Origin: Bacteroidales bacterium
GTDB taxonomy: Bacteria; Bacteroidota; Bacteroidia; Bacteroidales; WRLA01
Reading direction: 5' to 3'
Length of the DNA stretch: 64,000 nt
NCBI GenBank assembly: GCA_963662905.2
Contig: CAXXFD010000004.1
Location: 31,638-95,637 of the forward strand
The notes under the pieces are model-generated. The model did no database searches. It had not been told where the DNA came from and saw only the letters and a list, made by a program, of their open reading frames with translations. Both the position numbers and the translations under genes were made by a program. Below, piece by piece: positions 27,695 to 36,828 of this stretch; position 1 is the first letter of the stretch; every line of letters starts with the position of its first letter.

Positions 27695-29362
27695 ATGAAA
27701 AAAATCAACCTATTACTCATCACTCTAATAATCAGCACACTGTCGTACAGCCAAAATGAACTGAAAACGCCATCAAACACTCAGCCCGGTTCTTCACAAT
27801 TTGACTACAGTGACCTTCCCTGGACACAGGCATTTGACTCGCTGCATGCCGTAATGGAGTTACGCTATCCGTTTACGGAATGGAAAGCGATCCAATGGGA
27901 CGAAAAATATTCCATAACAAAACCGGAAATTGAGAATGCACAGAGCAATTCTGATTCCATCGCATTTATAAAAAGCCTTTACGAATATCTTTTCAGCATT
28001 CCCGACGGGCACAATAGTTTCTCAGGAATACCCGATTATTACAAATCAGAAATTGCCGGTGGCACTTACGGTTTCAACCTCACACCTCTCGATGACGGAA
28101 CATTTGCGGTAAGCATTATTGATCCGGAAAGTGCCGCTTTCGCACAGGGATTGCGCACCGGTGATATAATCACCAAAATAAACGGAATCAATATTGATGA
28201 GATCACGGAATTGGAATGCACCAACCCTTCCTTTAACTACGCAACGGAGCAAGGCAGGTTGTTCAGCCGTGGCCTGATGATGACACGGGCGGCAATTGGC
28301 GCCGAAGCAGCTTTCTCTTTTGATAAGGATATCGAACTAAACCTAACAGCATATGATGACAATATGCTCCTTTTTATCAGGGGGTTCTATAATACTGCAC
28401 CGGCTTCAGAAAACGACTCTTTGGTTACCTATCGCATGATGGAAAACAACATTGCCTATCTGCGCATTAAAGAAGAAGCAGCGGAATGCCTGACTGTGGA
28501 GGAAATGCTGAATTTCGAAGATTTCCTGACTGTAAAAAAAGCCATTCAGTATTTCAACGATAATGATGTACAAAAATTGATTGTCGATCTGCGCGGAAAC
28601 CTTGGCGGAAATGATTTGCAGGCAGCTGTAACTATGGGATTGTTTTATCAAAACCCATCATTTTACGAATACATTACAGGCACTTATGATGACGACTACG
28701 CCATTGATATCACGCTGCAAACTGAACCGCTCGAGCCTTTATTTAATGGAGAGATAGCCGTTTTGGTTGATCCGAACTGCGTCAGCACAGGCGAAGGTTT
28801 TGCCATGATGTTCGACCGGCTTGAAAATGCGCAGATTGTGTCACATTGGGGCACAAACGGATCATTTGGCATGGTAGATCACGATCCTGTGCTGCTGCCA
28901 CTCGATATTTCCATATCATTTGCCCAGGCCCGTTCTTTGGATGAAAACCAAAAAATACAGCTCGATTCGGATTCCCTGCTGCAAGGCGGCGTGCAGCCAG
29001 ATATAAAAGTTCCCCTTACACGCGAAAGCCTTGTCCGTCAATGGACAGATGGTGTTGATGTGCAACTGGAATATGCCATTAGCCTGCTATCCGGACTTAA
29101 TGAAGTTGATGATACCGGCGACATCCTGCTTTATCCCAATCCCTGCCAGGATCGATTTACCATCAGGCAAGCCTTGCCAGGAAATGAAAGTTTCAGATTG
29201 GAAATTTTCACTATTGACGGACGAAAGCTCCTCAGTCAGCAATTTTCTTCAAATCAGGCTGAAACAGAAATTGATGTCAGCCTTCTGAAAACAGGAATAT
29301 ATCTCTGGCAAATCAAAGGTCAAAACGACAGAAGGCATGGGAAAATAGTTGTTGTGGAATAG
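27695..29362 (+). CDS. S41 family peptidase with a PDZ-like insert and a T9SS C-terminal sorting domain
   Basis: GLRTGDIITKING (PDZ), LRGNLGGN, DPNCVSTGEGFA (catalytic Ser context). C-terminal ILLYPNPCQDRFTI...GIYLWQIKG..GKIVVVE. Confidence 0.8.
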   Translation: MKKINLLLITLIISTLSYSQNELKTPSNTQPGSSQFDYSDLPWTQAFDSLHAVMELRYPFTEWKAIQWDEKYSITKPEIENAQSNSDSIAFIKSLYEYLFSIPDGHNSFSGIPDYYKSEIAGGTYGFNLTPLDDGTFAVSIIDPESAAFAQGLRTGDIITKINGINIDEITELECTNPSFNYATEQGRLFSRGLMMTRAAIGAEAAFSFDKDIELNLTAYDDNMLLFIRGFYNTAPASENDSLVTYRMMENNIAYLRIKEEAAECLTVEEMLNFEDFLTVKKAIQYFNDNDVQKLIVDLRGNLGGNDLQAAVTMGLFYQNPSFYEYITGTYDDDYAIDITLQTEPLEPLFNGEIAVLVDPNCVSTGEGFAMMFDRLENAQIVSHWGTNGSFGMVDHDPVLLPLDISISFAQARSLDENQKIQLDSDSLLQGGVQPDIKVPLTRESLVRQWTDGVDVQLEYAISLLSGLNEVDDTGDILLYPNPCQDRFTIRQALPGNESFRLEIFTIDGRKLLSQQFSSNQAETEIDVSLLKTGIYLWQIKGQNDRRHGKIVVVE

Positions 29363-29418
29363 ATTTTAAACAAAAACGATCGTTTCGGACTTTTATCAGC
29401 ACACCAATCAAATGAGAG

Positions 29419-30036
29419 ATGCAGCCTGAAATCAAAGTGCGGGACTACGATTTGCCCGACATCAACATCTTAAACCATTACCAGCCCGGAAAAGAATTTT
29501 TCCTCTGGCAGCCCGATCTGCTGGCCATTGTGTTAGGCCGTTCCAATAAAGCAGAAAAAGCATTGAATCCGGTGCATGTTCTCGCGGATCAGGTTCCGGT
29601 TTTCAAACGGCCTTCCGGAGGCGAAAGCGTGATCCTCAGCCCGGAAAGTCTGGTCATATCCGCTGTCGGCGATTTCAAAACACACATAAAACCTGCTGAC
29701 TTTTTCAGGTATTGCAACAATATTATTATTGGTGCACTGGAGCAAATGGACGTAAAAAACCTCGGACAAAAAGGCATCAGCGATATCAGCATAGGCGAAA
29801 AGAAAATCCTTGGGTCATCCATGTACAAGCATCCGGATCGGTGGTTTTATCATGCTGTTCTTAATATCGGCATTGATCCCAAACTCATTGGCCGTTATCT
29901 GGCACATCCTTCACGGGAGCCTGATTATCGCCTGGGGCGGAAGCACGAGGATTTTGTAACATCCTTACAAAAAGAAGGTTACATAATCGATATAGCAGGA
30001 TTAAAACAGAATATTGCCCGTGGTTTTTTGCGGTAA
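29419..30036 (+). CDS. lipoate/biotin protein ligase (BPL/LPL catalytic domain) family protein
   Basis: 205 aa. VFKRPSGGESVILSP and GEKKILGSSMY resemble the LplA/LipB-type catalytic core. Confidence 0.6.
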   Translation: MQPEIKVRDYDLPDINILNHYQPGKEFFLWQPDLLAIVLGRSNKAEKALNPVHVLADQVPVFKRPSGGESVILSPESLVISAVGDFKTHIKPADFFRYCNNIIIGALEQMDVKNLGQKGISDISIGEKKILGSSMYKHPDRWFYHAVLNIGIDPKLIGRYLAHPSREPDYRLGRKHEDFVTSLQKEGYIIDIAGLKQNIARGFLR

Positions 30037-30066
30037 TTCCTGCGTAAAAATCAACTGAATAATTAC

Positions 30067-30074
30067 TACTTTTG
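30067..30074 (+). promoter_or_regulatory. -7 promoter box TACTTTTG, only 5 nt before the lepA ATG
   Basis: TAnnTTTG match ending at 30074; ATG at 30080. Confidence 0.55.
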
Positions 30075-30079
30075 CAGCC

Positions 30080-31867
30080 ATGAAAGACATTCGGAATTTT
30101 TGTATCATAGCCCATATCGACCACGGGAAGAGCACGCTGGCAGACAGGATGTTACAGCTTACACATACTGTTTCTGACCGCGACTTGCAGGAACAGGTTC
30201 TGGACGATATGGACCTTGAACGCGAGCGCGGCATCACCATTAAGAGCCACGCCATTCAAATGAATTATACCCGCGATGGGGAAACCTACCGCCTTAATCT
30301 TATAGATACTCCCGGCCATGTTGATTTTTCCTACGAAGTTTCCCGATCCATTGCTGCCTGCGAAGGCGCACTTTTGATTGTGGATGCAACGCAGGGAATC
30401 CAGGCGCAAACGATCAGCAACCTTTATCTGGCTTTGGAAAATGACCTGGAAATCATCCCTATCCTCAATAAAATGGATCTGGATGCAGCCATGCCCGAAG
30501 AAGTCAGCGAACAAATTGTTGACCTGATTGGCTGCGATGAAGACGACATTATTCCCGCAAGTGGCAAAACCGGATTTGGTGTTGAGCGCATCCTTGATGC
30601 CATTATCGACCGCGTACCTGCGCCCAAAGGTGAACCCGACGAGCCGCTTCAGGCTTTGATTTTCGATTCTGTTTTCAACTCATTCCGTGGCGTAATTGCC
30701 TATTTCCGTATCCTGAACGGAAAAATGGCCAAAGGCGATCACGTGAAATTTGTGAATACAGGCAAAAAATATCATGCCGACGAAATTGGTGTGCTCAAGC
30801 TGGGCATGGATCCCAAAAAGGAGCTTTCGGCAGGTGATGTAGGTTATATAATTTCCGGCATCAAAACCAGCACCGAAGTAAAAGTAGGCGACACCATCAC
30901 ACATGTGGAAAATCCCTGCGATAAAGCTGTGAGCGGTTTTGAAAACGTAAAACCCATGGTTTTTGCAGGTATTTATCCCGTTGATGCCGACGATTATGAA
31001 GACCTGCGCGCTTCTTTGGAAAAACTCCAGCTCAACGACGCTTCCCTTACTTTTGAACCCGAATCATCAGCAGCACTGGGATTTGGTTTCCGTTGCGGTT
31101 TCCTCGGACTGCTCCATATGGAAATCGTTCAGGAACGCCTCGACCGCGAATTTGATATGAACGTGATCACAACTGTGCCCAACGTATCTTATAAAGCATA
31201 TACTACTAAAAAAGAAGTATTTGAAGTGCATAATCCATCCGGATTGCCCGACCAAAAATACCTCGATTATATCGAAGAACCCTATATCACCGCCAATATC
31301 ATAACCAAATCGGATTTTGTTGGCGCTATTATGACGCTCTGCATCGGCAAACGCGGAACGCTCAAAAACCAAACCTATCTGACCAGCGAACGAGTGGAAG
31401 TTATTTTTGAAATGCCACTGGGCGAAATCGTTTTCGATTTTTACGATAAGCTCAAAAGCATTTCCAAAGGTTATGCTTCTTTCGATTATTATACTTCCAG
31501 CTATCAGCGCGCAAATTTGGTGAAACTCGATATCCTGCTCAACAGCGAATCTGTGGATGCCCTATCAACCCTCATCCACCGTGATAATGCATATGATTTT
31601 GGCCGCAAGATGTGCGTCAAACTCAAAGAGCTCATCCCGCGCCAGCAATTCGATATCGCCATTCAGGCAGCCATTGGCGCCAAAATCATTGCCCGCGAAA
31701 CCATTAAAGCCGTGCGAAAAGATGTGACGGCCAAATGTTATGGCGGCGACATCACGCGAAAGCGCAAACTGCTCGAAAAACAGAAAAAAGGGAAGAAACG
31801 CATGCGCCAGGTAGGTAATGTGGAAGTGCCGCAAACGGCTTTCCTTGCTGTCTTGAAACTAGACTAA
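30080..31867 (+). CDS. lepA: translation elongation factor 4
   Basis: [33 protein letters not shown], and the C-terminal LepA-specific ..[24 protein letters not shown]. Confidence 0.97.
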   Translation: MKDIRNFCIIAHIDHGKSTLADRMLQLTHTVSDRDLQEQVLDDMDLERERGITIKSHAIQMNYTRDGETYRLNLIDTPGHVDFSYEVSRSIAACEGALLIVDATQGIQAQTISNLYLALENDLEIIPILNKMDLDAAMPEEVSEQIVDLIGCDEDDIIPASGKTGFGVERILDAIIDRVPAPKGEPDEPLQALIFDSVFNSFRGVIAYFRILNGKMAKGDHVKFVNTGKKYHADEIGVLKLGMDPKKELSAGDVGYIISGIKTSTEVKVGDTITHVENPCDKAVSGFENVKPMVFAGIYPVDADDYEDLRASLEKLQLNDASLTFEPESSAALGFGFRCGFLGLLHMEIVQERLDREFDMNVITTVPNVSYKAYTTKKEVFEVHNPSGLPDQKYLDYIEEPYITANIITKSDFVGAIMTLCIGKRGTLKNQTYLTSERVEVIFEMPLGEIVFDFYDKLKSISKGYASFDYYTSSYQRANLVKLDILLNSESVDALSTLIHRDNAYDFGRKMCVKLKELIPRQQFDIAIQAAIGAKIIARETIKAVRKDVTAKCYGGDITRKRKLLEKQKKGKKRMRQVGNVEVPQTAFLAVLKLD

Positions 31868-31911
31868 ACGCCAATTCAGAACATCTGAATGAAGCACATA
31901 ATATTTTTCGG

Positions 31912-31939
31912 AAACGGGCTTTCGGGCTCGTTTTTTTTG
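31912..31939 (+). terminator. rho-independent terminator after lepA
   Basis: AACGGGC..TTCG..GGCTCGTT hairpin (with G-U pairs) followed by TTTTTTTT. Confidence 0.6.
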
Positions 31940-31994
31940 TTTAAAAAGAGCATCTTAAAAAACAGTCATGATTCCAGATAGCCATAAGATATAA

Positions 31995-32035
31995 ATTATC
32001 AAAACCTGCAAAAATTGCAAGTTTTGATAATTTAA
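31995..32035. repeat. 41-bp repeat, copy 1 (contains a 35-bp near-perfect palindrome TTATCAAAACcTGCAAaaaTTGCAaGTTTTGATAA)
   Basis: Identical at 40/41 positions to 33352..33392, in the same orientation. Read directly from the sequence. Confidence 0.95.
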
Positions 32036-32037
32036 GG

Positions 32038-32045
32038 TATCTTTG
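32038..32045 (+). promoter_or_regulatory. -7 promoter box TATCTTTG, 4 nt before the ATG at 32050
   Basis: TAnnTTTG match immediately after repeat copy 1. Confidence 0.5.
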
Positions 32046-32049
32046 TCTT

Positions 32050-33282
32050 ATGGAAGAATTAATAAACCGGCAAGAGTATATTGATAAGTTATTGTCTTAC
32101 AAAGACAAAGGCCTTATTAAAATCGTAACAGGGCTGCGTCGTTCAGGCAAATCAACTTTATTGGATTTATACAAGACCAAACTTATTGAAACGGGAATAA
32201 AACCTGAACAAACGCAATTATTCAACTTTGAATTGCCTGAAAATTTTCTAGGGAAAAGCTGGGAATCCATCTATTTTGATATAAAGTCAAAACTTGTCCC
32301 GGACTCAAATAACTATATCTTTCTTGATGAGATTCAAAACATACCTGATTTTGAGAAACTGGTTGACGGGCTTTTTGCGAACAAAAACATTGATGTCCAT
32401 ATCACGGGATCCAATGCATACCTGCTGTCAGGCGAATTAGCTACGCTACTTAGCGGACGGTACATAGAGATATCGATATTGCCTTTTTCGTTTAAAGAGT
32501 ACTTGAAATTCCGAAAAATAGATTACCACAACAAGTACTTAAATTATGAAGCACTCTTCTTTGATTTCGTAAACGAAACATCCCTGCCAAAAGGGGTTGA
32601 ATTACGAAAAGAAGGCTATGACAAAATATATGAATACCTGGAGGCAATCTATACTACCATCATTGAAAAAGACATTACACAACGGTACAAGATCAACGAT
32701 AAACGTGCCTTTAGCAATGTAGCAAAATTTGTAGCATCAAATATTGGCAACCAAGTGTCGCCCAGCAGTATATCAAAAGCTTTGAAAGCAGATCAACAGG
32801 ACGTACACCATGCAACAGTTGAGAAATTTATCAGCTATTTGGTACAAAGTTTCGTTTTTTATTGCGTAAACCGCTTTGACCTTAAAGGCAAAAAACAACT
32901 CGCCACTAAAGAAAAATATTATTTAGTCGATTTAGGATTATTAAATATACTGGCAGGTCGGGAAAGATCCGCAGACAGGGGCCATATTTTAGAAAACATT
33001 GTTTTTCTGGAACTTCTCAGAAGAGGTTACAAAATATGGACCGGAACACTTCGCAATGCAGAAATTGACTTTATTGCTAAAAACAAGGAAGGAGAAATAG
33101 AGTATTTTCAAGTTACATGGAAAATATCAAATGAGGAGACAGAAAAGCGTGAATTTGGATCACTGGAAAAAATAAAGGACAACTACCCAAAATATCTGCT
33201 TTCAACGGAATCATTTCCACAAAACAAGAATGGCATTATCCATAAAAACGTATTTGAATGGTTATTGAATGCCAAACAATAA
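32050..33282 (+). CDS. AAA+ ATPase (AAA_14 N-domain plus a DUF4143-type C-terminal domain; COG1373-like)
   Basis: Walker A GLRRSGKST, Walker B YIFLDEIQ. The C-terminal GHILENIVFLEL...AEIDFIAKN...YFQVTWK resembles the restriction-endonuclease-like DUF4143 region. Visibly AT-richer than its neighbours. Confidence 0.8.
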   Translation: MEELINRQEYIDKLLSYKDKGLIKIVTGLRRSGKSTLLDLYKTKLIETGIKPEQTQLFNFELPENFLGKSWESIYFDIKSKLVPDSNNYIFLDEIQNIPDFEKLVDGLFANKNIDVHITGSNAYLLSGELATLLSGRYIEISILPFSFKEYLKFRKIDYHNKYLNYEALFFDFVNETSLPKGVELRKEGYDKIYEYLEAIYTTIIEKDITQRYKINDKRAFSNVAKFVASNIGNQVSPSSISKALKADQQDVHHATVEKFISYLVQSFVFYCVNRFDLKGKKQLATKEKYYLVDLGLLNILAGRERSADRGHILENIVFLELLRRGYKIWTGTLRNAEIDFIAKNKEGEIEYFQVTWKISNEETEKREFGSLEKIKDNYPKYLLSTESFPQNKNGIIHKNVFEWLLNAKQ

Positions 33283-33351
33283 AATACAATCAGAAGAATA
33301 ATATAATAAAATGAGCAATCAAGTCAATAATATTCTATCACAAAAATCAAC

Positions 33352-33392
33352 ATTATCAAAACCTGCAAAAATTACAAGTTTTGATAATTTAA
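33352..33392. repeat. 41-bp repeat, copy 2
   Basis: ATTATCAAAACCTGCAAAAATTaCAAGTTTTGATAATTTAA; one G-to-A difference from copy 1. Confidence 0.95.
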
Positions 33393-33510
33393 ACACATAC
33401 TACTGGATAACAGCACATTAAATGCCAGACAAAAATTTCAATAAAATAAACTTCCCTGGCCTGTAACTTTCCCTTATCTTCGGGCGTTCCATTATTAAAC
33501 CACGTGGTAC

Positions 33511-33999
33511 ATGACGCGAAAGGAATACAATCAGTGTGTTGATGATTATTCCGACAATGTCTATCGCTTTGTCCTGAAAAATATTAAAGATCAGGATCTT
33601 GCGCAGGATATTGTTCAGGAAGCCTATGCACGATTGTGGTCTGTTTGCAGCGATGTGGATGCAAAAAAAGCCCGCGCCTGGCTGTTTACTACTGCTTATA
33701 ACTATATGATCGACCGTATCCGAAAAGACAAAAACAGCTTTTCGATCGAAGAATCGTACTACAACGAACCCAGCAGCGACAGGCTTCCTTACAGCGACCT
33801 GCAGGAAATTTTGCATGAGGCACTCAGCAAGCTTCCTCCGGTACAGCGCTCTGTTGTGTTACTACGTGATTATGAAGGGTACAGCTATGAAGAAATTGGT
33901 GAGATGTGCCAGCTCAGCGAAAGCCAGGTGAAGGTATATATCTACCGGGCACGGCTATATCTGAAGAAATATATTGTTAAACCGGAAAATGTGGTGTAA
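33511..33999 (+). CDS. RNA polymerase ECF-type sigma-70 factor
   Basis: 162 aa. Region 2 (DIVQEAYARLW) and region 4 (YEEIGEMCQLSESQVKVYIYRARLYLKK). Confidence 0.9.
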   Translation: MTRKEYNQCVDDYSDNVYRFVLKNIKDQDLAQDIVQEAYARLWSVCSDVDAKKARAWLFTTAYNYMIDRIRKDKNSFSIEESYYNEPSSDRLPYSDLQEILHEALSKLPPVQRSVVLLRDYEGYSYEEIGEMCQLSESQVKVYIYRARLYLKKYIVKPENVV

Positions 34000-34000
34000 A

Positions 34001-35104
34001 ATGATAAGCAGGCAAAATTATGAAGAGTGGCTCATCGACTACCTCGATGGCAACCTCAGCGAAAGCCACAGAAAGGAAGTGGAAGGCTTTCTGGCAAATA
34101 ATCCGGATATACAGGCCGAATTTGATGGAATGGAAGAGGCCGGACTGGAGGGGACAAAAGAGATCATCTCCTTCCCTGCCCGGCATTTGCTCTATCAGAC
34201 TGAAATCAATGAAAGCGGCGGCATCAGCGAAAGCAATTACAAAGAATGGTTTATTGCATCCATTGAAGGAGACCTCAGGCCGGAACAGGAACAAAAGCTT
34301 GCTGCCTTCCTTGGGGCAAATCCAGCACTAAATAAAGAATTTGAAGCATTCCAAAATACCCGACTCAATGCTGATCCAAGGATAATGTATCCTGAAAAGC
34401 AAAAGCTTTATCAAAAAGCCCGCATGCTGCCTCTACTTCAAAACAAAAGGTTTTTTGGCTCGGCGGCGGCTGTTATCGGGCTTCTTTTGATCAGCGGATT
34501 ATGGTTTTTCTCCGGCAAGAGCGGTTCAATGCGTGAAGATTTCAATAATCTTCAGGCGATGAATTACCAAAAAGCACGGACAATTGAATTTTCGGCTCCG
34601 GTATTGCAGGCGAAAATGGAAACCCGTTTTGCAACAGCTGTTTTTGGGCATTATGAAAAGGAACCCTTCATTCAAAAAAAACTTACAAATGCAGTAGAAC
34701 GAATGGACGCTCCGGCCTATATGGTTCAGCTTGCGGCCAATCTGGATGTTTTTACAAGCAGCGGCCCCGCTTATCTGCTGCCGGATATGGTCAGCCTGGA
34801 GATGTATTATGCCTACCAGCTTGAGAAAGACATGAAACGCAATCAGCAAACAGACTTAAGTGAACCCAAAGGCGTATTTAACTGGCTCACCCAAAAAGTT
34901 CTCAAACGTCATGACAAAGCCAATGACCCGGAAAGCAAGCCTGCCATCTGGACCATTGCAAGCTGGGGCGTAAGCAAGCTCAAAAACATGGCTCCCGACG
35001 ATCTGCGCATTGCCAGCGAAGAAGACCAGGCCGAAGGAACCCGGAGCTACTCCATTGATTCAGATATATTTACTTACTACAAAGAAGAAAAAATAAAAGA
35101 CTAG
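34001..35104 (+). CDS. anti-sigma factor-like membrane protein with a duplicated N-terminal motif
   Basis: The ATG follows the sigma stop by 1 nt. YEEWLIDYLDGNLSESHRKEVEGFLANNPDIQAEF is repeated as YKEWFIASIEGDLRPEQEQKLAAFLGANPALNKEF. One TM helix (AAAVIGLLLISGLWFF). Confidence 0.6.
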   Translation: MISRQNYEEWLIDYLDGNLSESHRKEVEGFLANNPDIQAEFDGMEEAGLEGTKEIISFPARHLLYQTEINESGGISESNYKEWFIASIEGDLRPEQEQKLAAFLGANPALNKEFEAFQNTRLNADPRIMYPEKQKLYQKARMLPLLQNKRFFGSAAAVIGLLLISGLWFFSGKSGSMREDFNNLQAMNYQKARTIEFSAPVLQAKMETRFATAVFGHYEKEPFIQKKLTNAVERMDAPAYMVQLAANLDVFTSSGPAYLLPDMVSLEMYYAYQLEKDMKRNQQTDLSEPKGVFNWLTQKVLKRHDKANDPESKPAIWTIASWGVSKLKNMAPDDLRIASEEDQAEGTRSYSIDSDIFTYYKEEKIKD

Positions 35105-35160
35105 TGTAACTAATTGAAGCCGAAGCCGTCATGCTTCTAAACACTAAAAAAAACAATACC

Positions 35161-36768
35161 ATGAAAAGAATAAGCCAAATCACAAAAAAAAGCAGCTTAT
35201 TGCTCTGCCTGCTGGCGTTTTTTGCCGCAAACGTTCAGCTATACGCCGAAATAACACCGGCAAAAGTTGATAAAGAATTCAACATCAGTGGCTTTACAGG
35301 AATTGAAAGCGGAAGTAATTTCAATGTGGTTTTAATCCCTTCCGAAAACGAAGGAGTTACCATTAATGTTGATGAAGCTTTTATTGGAAATGTACGGGTT
35401 GTCCTGAAAGGCAGTACGCTCGTGCTCGATTATGAAGGCAAGATATCCCCGAAGGAGCTCAACGCAAAAGTCCGTTATAAAGACCTCAGGCTGATCAAAG
35501 CACATGGCGCAAGCGTTATAAGCTCAGAACAGCCTGTAAAAGCCGGAACACTCACATTGGAAAGCAGCGGTGCCGCCCGTATTAATTTAGAAATCGAAGC
35601 CGAAGAAGTAAAAAGCAATACTTCCGGTGCTGCCGAAACAAAACTCCGCGGAGAATGTGGCACACATATCATTAATGTTTCCGGCGCCGGCGACCTGATG
35701 GCCAAAGGGCTCATCACCTCAAAAGCTGAAGCCACCATAAGCGGTGCAGGAAATGCAAGCGTGGACGTTCGCGATCAGCTGAACGCAGACTTAAGCGGAT
35801 CGGGAAATATCTCCTATATACAGGAGCCCACAATTAAAGCCATCAGCAAAACCGGAAATTCGGGCAGGAGACACAGCAATGACAGGCATAAAGTTAATAT
35901 TGGAAATACCATTACAGTTCAAACATCTGATTATTACGACAGTACAAACGTTAAAGTGGGCGGAATCGAAGTACAGGTTTTGGACGATGACTCCGTAAAA
36001 GTATCCATTGGCCGCCATCAGATTGTTGTTGATGAAGACGGAAATGTGGACTTCCGCCGCCGTGTGCGCAAATCCTTTAACGGACATTGGGGCGGTTTCG
36101 GACTGGGGATTAACGGATATGTAAATTCAGACCTGAATATGGACTTCCCACAGGAGTATGGGTATATGGATCTCTATATGGCCAAATCAATTTCCGTAAA
36201 CCTCAACTTGATCGAACACAATTTCCAACTCAGCAAAAATGGAAAATGGGGCATCATCACCGGCCTTGGCCTCGAATGGCACAATTACCGCTTCGATAAA
36301 AATGTGACCCTGATCCCGGATTCGAGCACTTTAAAAGGATATTATAATGATGGCGCACGTTTTGAAAAATATAAACTGGTTGTAAACCACCTCGTTATCC
36401 CATTAATTTTTGAATATCAAACCCATGCCCTCCGCCGTGTGAATGACTTCCATGTAGGCGTAGGTACCGTCTTCGGAATTCGTTACTCATCGCACACCAA
36501 ACGTAAATTTGATGAACGTAATAAGGATTATAACCTCCTTGACCCCGTAAGCGGAAAAGTTGTAGCGACTGCCACAACACCCGACACCCGCGTTGGCAAG
36601 GTACACGATGATTTTCATCTGGCACCTTTCAAACTGGATGCTACCCTTACGGTTGGCTGGGGATTTGTGAACCTCTACGGAACTTTCTCAATGTTTGAAA
36701 TGTTCAAGAAAAATAAAGGACCGGAGCTCTATCCATATACCATCGGCATTATGCTGGTAGGCTGGTAG
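35161..36768 (+). CDS. exported protein: GIN/DUF2807-type beta-helix N-domain fused to a C-terminal outer-membrane beta-barrel
   Basis: Signal peptide ..LLAFFAANVQLYA. Repeats of the SGAA../SGAG../SGSGNI type. C-terminal ~240 aa with alternating strands, ending IGIMLVGW. Confidence 0.65.
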   Translation: MKRISQITKKSSLLLCLLAFFAANVQLYAEITPAKVDKEFNISGFTGIESGSNFNVVLIPSENEGVTINVDEAFIGNVRVVLKGSTLVLDYEGKISPKELNAKVRYKDLRLIKAHGASVISSEQPVKAGTLTLESSGAARINLEIEAEEVKSNTSGAAETKLRGECGTHIINVSGAGDLMAKGLITSKAEATISGAGNASVDVRDQLNADLSGSGNISYIQEPTIKAISKTGNSGRRHSNDRHKVNIGNTITVQTSDYYDSTNVKVGGIEVQVLDDDSVKVSIGRHQIVVDEDGNVDFRRRVRKSFNGHWGGFGLGINGYVNSDLNMDFPQEYGYMDLYMAKSISVNLNLIEHNFQLSKNGKWGIITGLGLEWHNYRFDKNVTLIPDSSTLKGYYNDGARFEKYKLVVNHLVIPLIFEYQTHALRRVNDFHVGVGTVFGIRYSSHTKRKFDERNKDYNLLDPVSGKVVATATTPDTRVGKVHDDFHLAPFKLDATLTVGWGFVNLYGTFSMFEMFKKNKGPELYPYTIGIMLVGW

Positions 36769-36786
36769 GAAAGCAAAAACAAAACA

Positions 36787-36825
36787 CCAAAAAGGCTGAT
36801 CTTTCAAACTGATCAGCCTTTTTGG
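36787..36825. terminator. bidirectional hairpin terminator between convergent genes
   Basis: CCAAAAAGGCTGATC..loop..GATCAGCCTTTTTGG, a perfect 15-bp stem flanked by an A-run and a T-run. Confidence 0.85.
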
Positions 36826-36828
36826 TTT

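Noticed and set aside
33311-33421. 36-codon ORF (MSNQVNNILSQKSTLSKPAKITSFDNLNTYYWITAH) spanning repeat copy 2
   Set aside because: It is short, has no promoter box or recognisable features, and its sequence is dictated by the palindromic repeat. The same frame across copy 1 has no start codon.
33418-33816. 132-aa minus-strand ORF in the region between the ATPase cassette and the ECF sigma gene
   Set aside because: Most of it is antisense to the ECF sigma gene, which has clear region 2 and region 4 motifs. It is a shadow ORF.
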